Origin: Phoronis australis
Lineage: Eukaryota > Animalia > Phoronida
Direction: 5' to 3'
Length of the DNA stretch: 64,000 nucleotides
NCBI GenBank assembly: GCA_002633005.1
Contig: NMRA01000254.1
Coordinates: forward strand, 217,722-281,721
Positions 12,901 to 24,900 of this stretch are shown one piece after another (position 1 is the first letter of the stretch; the number at the start of each line of letters is the position of its first letter). The position numbers and the translations under genes are program-made. The notes beneath the pieces were generated by a model that saw only the letters and a program-made list of their open reading frames with translations, had not been told where the DNA came from and ran no database searches.

Positions 12901-15900
12901 TATATTTATTTTATGCAAGGACTGTGAAGCCTTCAGTTGTTTCCAAACCCAAAAATCACCTCTCACTGGGTGAAGAACAAGACATTTGAGATCAGGGGCC
13001 CGTTTCAAGAAAAGTAACTTAGCTAAGACAAATTTTAAGTTTCAGTCAATTTTAAGATAAAACTTAAATTTGTCTCAAGGCCATTTCAAGAACAAGATCT
13101 TGAATTCGACTTAATTTTTTACTTAAGTTTTGTCTTAATGTTGACTACCGGATGTGGAAGTTTCAAAGTTTGAAAGTTGAGACAAATCTGAAAGCCCTTT
13201 CATACTAGCGTCGACGCGTCGATGTTTTGGGGAGTTGCGGTCAGTATGAACAGATAACTTTGGTCTTGGATCGAAGTTAACTGTGTCAATTAATGTCGCT
13301 GTTAACAGGTGCATTTAACACTGGAGTGTCGACGCTGCAGTGCAGTATGAATGGTCCACTTTGGTCCCATTCAAGTTATCGCCAGTTGCCAGTGTTATCG
13401 TCAACAATTAATTTAAAAAGGGTAGTGTTGTCGCTAATATTTTTTAAATTTTTTTTATTTTTGCAGAAAAAACCTATTTACAAAAACATATATACAAAGC
13501 AAGTGTGCACACGTAGTCACAAATAACAACACTAAATACCAAGTATGATAGGTACAGAGATTCTAAATAAAATATGCAAGATCTTTCCACTTAGTTTTGT
13601 GTCGCTCCAACTCAAAGTTTTGTTTACAAATCAAGTAATCAACTTTACAATAACCTATGGTATAAACTCGTAAATTATCAAAAATAGGTACAGCTTCCTT
13701 AAATGTCACCCTATATAAAAACATTTTCGTTTATCAAAATATGATATCATATACGAACAAACTTCTATTGCGAAAACCTAACAAAACCTCTTTTGCGGAA
13801 ATATTTATATTGTGAAAAATCTGAGCCAAAGTAGTAATTTGGTCCACAAAATTTTAACATATCTACACTCTCAGAACAAAATGTACAATTGATTCTGGGA
13901 CTTCGCAGCAAAAAGAACATAGATTTGAGTTAACAATACCATTTTTGAGAAAACATTTTGTTGGAAGAATGTTATGTACAATTTATAATTAAACCACCTC
14001 ATTTTTGTATCAGCATACCATTGGTTTTGGGTATTTTCTTCTGTCACTGCTTAATAATTGTTTTGCAGAAAGCCTTGTGGAAACCTTTTATTTATCATAA
14101 TTGTCTGGCATTACATTTAGGTGTTTACTACAATGGTTTGAGGTTGACACAGTTGGCAAAAGCAGACGCATCTGGCATCACGAAGGTCGGCGGAGGTCAA
14201 AGTCTCTATGTCATCAGCCCATTTTACCTTGACAGGCCGGTCATGTATGTAACTTACTCTGTTTCATTATGATTGAGGGCAGCCTACTGCCAGTTACTGA
14301 TGGACTACAATGAGGCAGTGTGGCCTAGTGGGTTGATTGTCTGCCTCCTGTTCACACAGTTGTAGGTTCGAATCCCACTGAAGCACACTCCTAGAACTGG
14401 AGTCAGATCTTTAGCTTCTAAATACAGAAAATTGAGTCAAATACTGGAATTAGCTTACTTGAGTTAGCGACGTTTTGTCCATCTCTGAGGGACTTCAGCT
14501 TGGTTAGTGGTGTTGTTATCGTTGTGGCCAATAGGTGGCGTTTTAACCAGGGAATGCATTAAACCACCACCTATTGGCCAGAACGATAATAACACCACTA
14601 ACCTAGCTAGAGTAATCAAATTCCATTTTTGTACTCAATTTTTATGCGCCCACATATTTATATGTGGTCGCATTTTGCCGTCATCTTTGTCTGGGCGTCT
14701 GGGGCTGTATCTCCTAAACCCCTAGCAGGATCTTATTGAAATTTGACAGATATGTTCCTATGTGGTTGACGACAGAGGGCGACGAGTTTCAGACTGACCC
14801 GAATACCGCTGTGCCCCCTAGTGGCAATTTTAGTTTTTTACATTTGCCTCTGTATCTTCAAAGGTCCTCAACCGATTTTCATGAAATTTGGCACATAGGC
14901 ATGTATTAATGAGTTGACGCTATTCTCCCGTTTTCGGATGGATTCGAGACATTTTGCGCCATCTAGTGGTCATTTTTACCATTTTCGAGTCGTTTTTTTG
15001 GCGTCCGCCCCTCTAACAACCAAACCACTCTAAGGATGATTGTGAAAATTGGCATGTATGTTTGTACTATGATGAAGACAGTTGACAATGATTTTCCAAC
15101 GACTGCGATTACAGTGGCACCTCCTAGTGGCAGTTTTGTTTGTTTTTGTACCCATGGCTGTATCACCTAAACATTCTACAGGATCTTTATCAAATGTAGC
15201 AAATGTATTTATTTGAAGTTGACTACGGACGACGGCAACTTTTGGACAGATCAGTGTACCGGTGTGCCCCCTAGTGGCAATTTCAGTTTTTTACGTTTAC
15301 CTCTGTATCTTCAAAGGCCCTCAACGAATTTCTATAAAATTTGACACATAAACATCTTTTAGTGAGATGACGCTATCTTTCTGTTTTTGGATTGATTCGA
15401 CATAGTTTGCGCCACCTAGTGGCCATTTTTCTGTGTTTTGTTACCTCAGCTGGATGACTCAAACTTTTCTTCCTTTTATCTGTAGCTTCTCAGCTTGGTC
15501 TTAATTTGTGCAATGCGCATCGGACAGCCTGCATTATTGTTTTGTTTCGCTGACTTGCATTGATTTTGTAACCTGTAGAATTATCAAACTTGATAGCGTA
15601 ATAATTAGATTTCTCCCCTAAATGTTATATTTCAAAGGAAGAGCGATAAAACCTGGATGTACTATAATAGACAAAAATTTGTAAAATATCGTTTGTCAAA
15701 ATTTTCAACAAAATAGAATTTCCTAAAATTTTCTTTGATTCTGATCGCACTGTACATGTATGTTATAGCCATTACCAAAACATTAGTTCAGTTAAATATG
15801 AAATTTCTGCGATTTAAACTAAGCATCTGAAGAACATAACAAAGTCATTGCTATGAAATATATTTTTGTCTCAAACTGAAGACTATTTGCTGTAAATATG

Positions 15901-18900
15901 ACAGCTATTGTTTAAAGTAGTCCCAGAGTCTTTAAAGCCATTATGATATCAAGTTTGTGTTAATAACATGTTTTAATTACAAAATAGGTTATTGCTATTC
16001 TGACAAGAATGCATGCCATACTTGTTGTTGCGGTCTGTCTTCTTTTAATTTCACTTTCTTAGCGTTTCTGATTGGTCTGTTATCTCTGTGGTTTCGGTTA
16101 ATAAGAAACTGTCAATTCCGAATTCAGTTGTCTTCATACGTTCACGAGAACTGACATTTCATAACTTAAGTTAGCCTCGATATGTCAGTGATTTGTTGCA
16201 AACCATAGCATCTTGATGAAGTTGCTGAGCTTACAGAAATTACTTTTGAATCATGATACATTCAATAGCAGTATGCTCTACATGCGGTAAATAGTCAGAC
16301 AAAATGATCTGGTATAATTACATATTGACGTCTAAATGCTAATGGAATTTCTTGTCAACGGCTGAGTGCAAGTCGCATTCACCTAGTTCATAGTTGTAAT
16401 AGTCACCTCTCGTTACCAGCCATGGCAAGGAAATGGGATTTTTCTCGGTTACAGTGCATGGCAAAAGTAATAGAGTGAGACAAAATGACATGTCCCATTT
16501 ACCTACCTCACTAGCTTTTCCGTTAATTCCTTTTCATTCTTGATCATGAAGTAAGGCCTCTCTGACGATGAATTGGACTTTTGCCCAGCCACCATGACAA
16601 GGAATTCTGGGTCGTTTCGCCTGAATATTTTTGGCATGTACTGTATGTACAGTATTTACTGTCAGTACAATATGTTATTACGCTCACAACATGATAGTAG
16701 TTGTATTAGAATTCTCAATGCTCACTACATCTCAACGGACACGCTTCTCGCTTCTTTCCGCTGGCTTTCTTTGCTCTCTGCTCTCTCTCTTCTAAATTCA
16801 TGATGTCTTTTGCTTCATCACGCTGTACTTACTATTTGAACATTCCTCGCACACTAATTCCATTAGAAAATAAATTTACATAGTCGTTATATTTGCACTA
16901 AACTCCCTGACGAGTATTATTTCCATACAAGTCTGCTTTTCAATCTTAATTGACAAGATTTAGCTTCCCATTATATTAAAGTCTTAAACTATGTGAATAA
17001 TTTGTAAAAATACAATGTTTTGTCATAATTCCTGACACAGATTGCTAGTGCAATACAATGAAGTTCTGAGGAAAAACGTGTAAAAAGCATACGACACAGT
17101 CTGACTCAGAAGTGAAATGTCTACAAATTTACTTCATTGTTTCCACCGTGTATTTTGAGCCAATGCAGTATTGCGGTAACTCTTAGTTTTAAAAATAGAA
17201 ATGTGGCTATCACAGCTACTTACAGTGTTCGCCCTACTCTTCCAAAAGATGAAGTCCGGTGGACCCACCTTCCAAAAGCTGAAGTCCGGTGGATTCACCT
17301 TCCAAAAGCTGAAGTCCGGTGGACTCACCTTCCAATATTTTTAGCTCCATTTGATTTTTGGGGTCCATGAAACTTAGTAACGGAATTTCTTTAAAAAAAC
17401 TCTCGCAAAGTATGAGCTTTTATTTTTCATAATATTTGTCTGTTTGGACACCATTTTTGCACTTATGTTATTGAGTCTCTACCCTATTGGACTGACTGTA
17501 ACAGGATAGTCTGACCTAAACTGTGATGACCTACTTACGGAGCAACGATGTCATGCATTTGGCTTCGAAAAATGAAACAATCTAATGGTGCTGTTATGTG
17601 AACAAAGAAAAGAACAAAATAATTTTCATTTGTTTTTAGTTTTATTTATCACAATCTTTGAACAAGAAGTTGCTTCCAAGGGAATGCACTCATCAAGTCA
17701 ATTTGCGTCAAATGACACAAAAACGCAACCTGGGGCGAACACTGTACTTATTTCACAAGTTGAAGAATTGTTACCATATTACTGACTGTCAAATAAATAA
17801 TCTTTTCCAACGTGATGTATTTGCAGCAGCTACTGCATTACTTTAAACTCTATATTTTTCCTCTGAGCTTCAAAGATCAACAGTCCCCCCCTAATAGTTT
17901 TAACTTTTTGATTGCCTAGGTTGCTTGTTAGTAAGGATATAGTTGGATAGACAGGGCACTTCTGGAACCCCAAAGCCAAACAAAGGAAATGATAATTCTA
18001 TGAGTAAAAAATTCACAATTCTTTATCGCTCACGTATTGTTTGTCCTAAAAAGTGAAACATAGTACAAATGAGTCAGTAGCAGTCTGTAAAGGTAGTCAG
18101 CTGGAAAGTTGCTAGTAGCATTACATAATATTATGTAATGTTGCCACGCCAACTTTCAGCTTGCCACCAATTGCTCCTATTCTTCCACCCAGTAAGAAAC
18201 CTGTAGCCGGTGGTGTTATGGGTGGCGGCGGCGCAGCATGGAACCCTGTCGTTGGAGCTGGAGGCGCTGGTGGAGAGGTCATGGGTCTGGCTAGTGGTGC
18301 TGGTGGAGCTGGCATGGGCGGTGTTGGTGCTGCTGTGGCGCCAGCAGCGGCAGGAGTTGGCGGTGGTGCTGCCGCTGGTGTCGCAGTCGCGTCCATACTA
18401 GCTCTTCTCATGCTGATCAGCTCACTCATCTGGGCCATCTACAAGTGTAAGCCCGGACTGATCCCATGTTGTGGAACCGGAGCCGCGGCTGGCGCCCCTG
18501 TTGCTGGAGCAGCTAGCTATCCCCTTCTGAAAGGAGGCGTCTTTGGGGCCAGCGCTGCAGGAGCTGGAGTAGGAGCAGGTTAGTGAATGGCACCCTGTCT
18601 GCGCGTATGACAGGAAGTACTCCACATTTTAAAGGCATACAGGATATGAGTTGTATTTGTATTTTTAAAAATAAGTAGTTATTGGTATTGTAAGGATGAA
18701 GTGTGAACTTGCCTTAAAAAACTTCATGCTGAAGTGTGTTAAATTGAGCTATTAAAAGTATTTGCTAATAGCTGGTAACAGAAGGGACGTGTATGAGCCA
18801 GGGGCATTTTGTTCAAGAATAAAATAAACTTCATTTTCTTTCTTTCATAAAAACGTAGGATTCAGTAAAACCAGTAAACAGTCTTAAATCCATTAACGAT

Positions 18901-21900
18901 GTGTGACCTCTGTGAGGCAGTCAATTCACTACAAAATTTGCGTGCTATGAGACCTTCGTATAAGTCTACTATTTTTGTAGGTGCTGGCATGGCCGGTGCC
19001 GGTGCAGGAGCAGGTGGTATGGCTGGTGCTGGTGCTGGCGGTATGGCCGGTGCAGCTGGCGCTGGAATGGCGGTAGGAAGCGGCGCAGGTCTGGCTGTCA
19101 ACGGCATGGCTGGTGGTGGTGGAATCGGTGGCGGTGCTGGATACTCGCAATTTTCAGCCAGCACCATCAACAGGCAAACGGTCTATGACGCTGCTGATGG
19201 CTCAATGGTGGATGGTGGAATGATGATGGGAGAGGGTAGGTACTAGGGACTTGTGGGTAAATGGGAGAGGGTAGGTAGTAGGGACTTGTGGGTAAATGGG
19301 AGAGGGTAAGTACTAGGGACTTGTGGGTAAATGGGAGAGGGTAGGTAGTAGGGACTTGTGGGTAAATGGGAGAGGGTAGGTAGTAGGGACTTGTGGGTAA
19401 ATGGGAGAGGGTAGGTACTAGGGACTTGTGGGTAAATGGGAGAGGGTAGGTACTAGGGACTTGTGGGTAAATGGGAGAGGGTAGGTACTAGGGACTTGTC
19501 GGTAAATGGAAAATCTTGATGCTTGTCCCATGGTATAATCTTTAACCCAAGGTTTTAAACAACAATTGCATAAAATTTAAGAATGGTCTGATGTCATTGG
19601 TAACTGAATCTTTGGTGTGTGCAGACACGATACTGTACTTAAGAGATTATTGTTGGATATATTTTCTCATGTAATAGTTATTGAGTGATATCTGTTATGT
19701 AATGTTTCTCTTATGATGTCTGCTAATAATGCAGGATCTGTTGACGTCATTGGCTACCATTTGCAGGTGGCAACATCTACGACTCTAGCACACTGGCTCA
19801 CTCTCAGTACAATACGTCCAGCTACAGTGGTGGCGGTGGCACCATGGGTGGCACCATGGGTGGCACTGGCCGAGGAAACACCATGACCTCTGGCTTCCGC
19901 ACCATGTCAGAGAGTGCCAGCAATTACGGCGGCAGTGGCATGGGTGGTGGTGGCACATTCATCGAAGGCTATGGTAACACGATGGGACACAATGCACAGG
20001 TGCATAATTATTCAACCTCCTCGTCGGTGCATAATTACATGACGGAGTCACGCCAGTTTGGAACTATGGGCGGTGCCAGCACCATGGGGGATTCTACGCA
20101 ATTCTTGGGATTCGGCGGCTCTGTGTCCATGCCGTTCATCACGCTGAACGAGGATGTCAAGGTTGACTGTTGTCTCCTAACTGCCGATGGACGTCACGTG
20201 GTGACAGGCTCCTGTACTGGACCTCCCCAAGTGTGGAACATGGCGGTTGGTATTTAATTTTGAATTCATGTTGTCAGTGTTAGCTTTTATATTTTACTTA
20301 TAACTCTTTCACTGCTAGGTTTCCTAGAACTGCATTTACCAAATTTTGGAGAAACGTAGATAATGCGGTGCAATCAGTAACATGTATCAGCGGTGAAACA
20401 GAATAAGATTTGGTTGACATACATGTCTAGTCTGACATTTCATTCTTGTAAAAGCAAAATTGTTTTGAATCTGAGACAAAGTATGTGCGGTTAACAGTCT
20501 CGGGAGGCCTGTATGTCAATCACAGTTCTGTATGTCAATCACAGTTCGACAGGTAAGTAATCGACAGAAATTTTTAAAAAAAACGTGGAAAATTATTTTC
20601 ATTCAGGATTTGGTAAAAATGCCTTACTATGTATGACGATGTTGTTATACTAATTATCTCACGGGAAGTTTAGGGTTGATGAGGCAAAGAATGGGCAGGT
20701 ACTCAAGTCACCAAATGGCACATTTGGCTGTAAAAAAGTTAATACAAATAATTGAAAATGACATTTTCTTAAAGCAAATTCAGTCACTGTTGCAATATCA
20801 AAACATTTTAGGCACTGCCTTCACATATATACTTAATACATGCATTCAAATTCATGACTTTTCTGTTGGAATAACCTAGCAAGAGAAGAGTTAACATTCA
20901 CAAGCTCTGGTAGAAGAGTTTTCATCAGGTCTCCAAGAAATGAGACTCATCTTCAATTTCCCCCATATGTCGCATATTCTCTCACTTCTAGGAACACCCA
21001 TATGTCTACCTCTCTCCTGTGCAATTAGTCTTCAAGTATAGATATCGGGGATAATTCTAGCTCTTGCTTTCAACATGGTTGGCATTTTTTCTTTGTGGCC
21101 TGGTATAAATGTTGCCACGGATTTGTCGGCGCAGCTACACCCTAAAACTGACACGGTCCGTAGCTATGGAATTTCTGGTCTTTTCCTGGTATTCACCTGG
21201 TACGTTTCCAATTTTCTAGAATGGAGAACTTGTGACTGTGATGGCTGGTGATGACATGAACTCTACCGACCTTCACCTTGCACTAAATGACTCTCTGTTG
21301 GTGGGTCAAGTGAGTACAGAACAGACGAGTCTGGACATGTCTGATGTACAGGCGAGCAACAGGGTACCACTGAGGAAGCTACAGGTGGGTCGTTTGTTCT
21401 TTGACATTAAACATGGCAAATACCTGCATTCACTAACATTCTTGTTTTGATAGTTCCCAAATGCTGTGTCATGTCCAATATTCCCATGCAAAACACTAAG
21501 TCTAATCTCAATATTTGAATCTGGACTTGAAAGTAATTTTCACATTTTCCGTTCTATGTTAAAACATTGTTAAGAAAAGAGTGTTTTTTTGTTCTCAAGT
21601 ACGCTATGGTTTACGCAGACGAATTTCTAGTCCCAACTTCACACTTCTTGACCCCTAGATTGGAGTTGCAAACTTGAGTAAAAACTAGAGATTTCATGTT
21701 CAGACTCGAACTTATAACTTTAATGCTGGTGTCGTCAAGTGTAAACTAAGATTAGACAGTTGGTCATCCATGTTAACCACTGTGTGTTGCAGCTCAAAGA
21801 AAAGTTGTTCTGAGTTCACACATCAAAGGTAGAATGAAAAATGTCAAATAACAATTTCGAGTTTTAGTCCGATCCCAAATTGAAAATAAATTGCCTCTAA

Positions 21901-24900
21901 TTTGAAACCTAACTTTTCTTATGGCAAGTTCTTTAGTGTCACAAGATCCAGGGTTTGTAAAAAGCTACTACTAACTTTAAGATCAGTCGACACTGTCATA
22001 AGTAACATATTATATATTTTTTTCATGTTAAGCCAAATTCAGAACCACCTTCGATGAAAATTTGTGTTCTTTTTGGAATACATCTTAAAAGTATTTTTGC
22101 AGTCTGTAGTGAATTAGTCAGTTCCTAATTTCACAGTTAAACCTCTTGGAATAATACGGAGAATCATTGATTACTGCTGGGGCTAGATTCACTGTCATAA
22201 CTTTGAGTTATTTTAGTTTCAAATGGCCGATTATAACTCTGACTTAAATATATCTTTTTCAGTGAGGCGTGGGAATATGTTAGGAACATTTTGTGCCATC
22301 AGCACGCCATCTGTTCGGTCACATCAAGTGTCCTAATGAATATATAAGTTCGAAAAGATTTTTGCCCCCAAATGGGACTTCTGCTAACCGTGCAGACGCT
22401 CTAGCCACTGAGCCATCGGGACCACTGGTCAAAGAGAAATCCAGTGACACTTAGTAGTGGGCATCTTACCCTAGATTAAGGGTAAGATGCTCACTACTAA
22501 GTCTTATTGGATTTCTGTGTTTGACTAGTGGTCCCCTGCATGGTTAGCAGAAGGTCCTGGGTTAGAGTCCCGTTCGGGGGCAAAAATCTTTTCGGACTTA
22601 TGTTCATTAGGACATGTGATGTGACCAAAAAGATTATGTGCTGATGGGTAAAAAATGTTTGCAACTCTGATGACTTAATGCAACTATTATCACTGCACAA
22701 GGCTTTAGATTTTAAAAGTGTCCTAAATCAGGTGCAAATTTTAAGGAAAGAAGTCCTAGAATGTGTTACTACCCCAATTTATTCCTATGCATCTGTTATC
22801 ACTGATTTTTCAGATATGGGACTTTGAAAGCGGTCAGCCATTGGAAATGGCCGATGGTCAAATGTGTTCTGCCATAGCCATGATGTCTGATGGACGACGC
22901 GTGGTGCTGGGACGAACAGACAAGTTTGGAAATGCCACTCACGTGACCATTTATGATCTCATGGGAAACGAGACATTACGTGATATTAGGTAATGATTGA
23001 ACTGTCTAATGGTATTAATTTTGGTACTACCTAAATTATTACTATAGAAATTGCAGGAGGGATCTGTTTTCACAGTTAGTGTTGTGGTGAGTTTATTTTT
23101 AATTCAAGTAGACTAGTTTTTTGGTTTGATTTAGCTGTTTTTCATGTACTTGATTTTAGCATTTTACGTGCAGATTTTTCATTTCCGAAAGAAAAAAGTA
23201 TGCTGTTCAAAAAATTGATTTTTGTCACCCACACAAAATATCTGAACACACTAGGAAACATTTTTCTGTGTTAAGTGGAAGTATTATTTGTACATGCCAA
23301 GTTTTGGTCACCATGTAGTTGCCATTGGCAACTACTGTATTCTCGCGTAATAAATGTTATATCTGTACATGGCGCAGGTACGACGGAGGTGTTGGGATCG
23401 CTGACAGCGTCACGTGTCTCCATCTGTCACCTGATGACAGGTATGTCATCGCTGGCTTCAACAACTCGTATGACGGGAATGCCAATTTTGTCGTCTTCGA
23501 TCTCAGTGTTAGTGACCACATCGCTGTCGACCCCAAGATTATCGCTCTTGATGCCGAGCCTCAGTGTACAGCTATCTTGGACACTCACGAAGCTGTGACT
23601 GGTACGTGTTGCAAGGTTCTGTAGCAGTGTGATCCTTTTCGGGAATTGCAACTTTCTCTCGTTCAGTGGCCATGCCAGACAGCAGCAAAGCTGTTGTTCT
23701 CGATTTCCTTCATATGGTAAACCATTTTCTTGTAAGACTATCGAAGACAATTAGTTAAAGCTGAATGAGAGAAATTTTTAATGATTTGTTAAAGCAAATT
23801 TAAGAAACTCAGTGCCACACTTTATAACAGTCTGCTTGAATATGATTGTGTGAAGTCTTCTAGAAAAAGGTTATGTAAGCACCCTTAATGCTCATTGTTT
23901 TTCATTGCCTAGCATCTTGCAAATGCTTGGCATCACTAAGTATGGCCTACACTACTTCTTTTACGTTTGAGTCCCACATAAAAATTGCTGTGGACTCGAG
24001 ACTTCTCATAATGGCTGCATTTTTCCCAGTGGTTGCCTTGCCAACTATGTTTCTTATACTTCTTTCATGTCATTGCAGGCACTCGCAAGGGAGAGCTGGT
24101 AATCTGGAGCCTGCGGACCGGCAAGCCTCTACGCCAGCTCATCGGCAACACCGGGGGGACCATGACCTTGAACCGTGTTTCCGCGCTGAGCGCTCACTCA
24201 GCTGAGATAAAGGACCTTACACTGTCCAAGGATGGCCGAATATTGGTGTCAGCGTCTGCAGACGGCACGCTGAGGTCATGGTCAATGGACACAGAGAAAC
24301 TAATGCACACTCTGTCTGGACATAAGGATGAAGTAAGAATTATTGTCTCACTCGAATCTACTCTCTTGTTCCCCACTCCCCCCTCCCCTCTATCCTGTGC
24401 TCTCTGCTCACCATCCCTGCCACCCTCTCTGGTTACCTCCTTCCAGCCTCCCTACATTTCTCCTCCCTCACTCCCTCCCCCCTCCCTCCAGCTCTTCCTC
24501 TGACTCTTCTCTCCATTCTCCCCTCCTCTCCTAAATTAAGATATTACCGATTTCATTCTTTTTACAAAAATAATTTAATTTTGAAGTTTCACAAATTAAT
24601 GAAGTTTCACCGGTAGCTTTAACTGTAACATGGTTGTACTGTTGTTACTTGGCACTGATGAATATAGTATTTTTGTCATAAATATTGTCACACCCCACAA
24701 TACAAACATCATTTCACCATGTTCTACTTAACGCGTGTCATATGTCTTCCGTTATTTTCTTTTTCCCTGTCTTACTTTGGTAATTTCACGCCTATTTGTG
24801 TGTGTGTGTGTGTGTGTGTTTGTGTGAATGACTGTGTGGATGTACAACACTACAATCATTGGTCTCAAATTTAAATTATTTCTTGCCATGTGTAGGTTTG

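Noticed and set aside
14312-14385. Functional tRNA gene
   Set aside because: A and B boxes are present but acceptor and anticodon stems do not pair well; treated as a SINE head. The tRNA-like scraps at ~61742-61806 and ~63575-63615 are similar and weaker.
18121-19170. Minus-strand Pro/Ala-rich ORFs (18121-18438, 18862-19170)
   Set aside because: Antisense shadows of the Gly/Ala-rich plus-strand exons.
19226-19505. CRISPR-like regular 35-bp repeats
   Set aside because: Contiguous tandem units with no unique spacers, in a eukaryotic intron, with no cas genes.
24333-24534. Pro/Ser/Leu-rich extension of ORFs 24033-24503 and 24343-24534
   Set aside because: Lies past the gtaaga donor at 24333; it is an intronic polypyrimidine tract.
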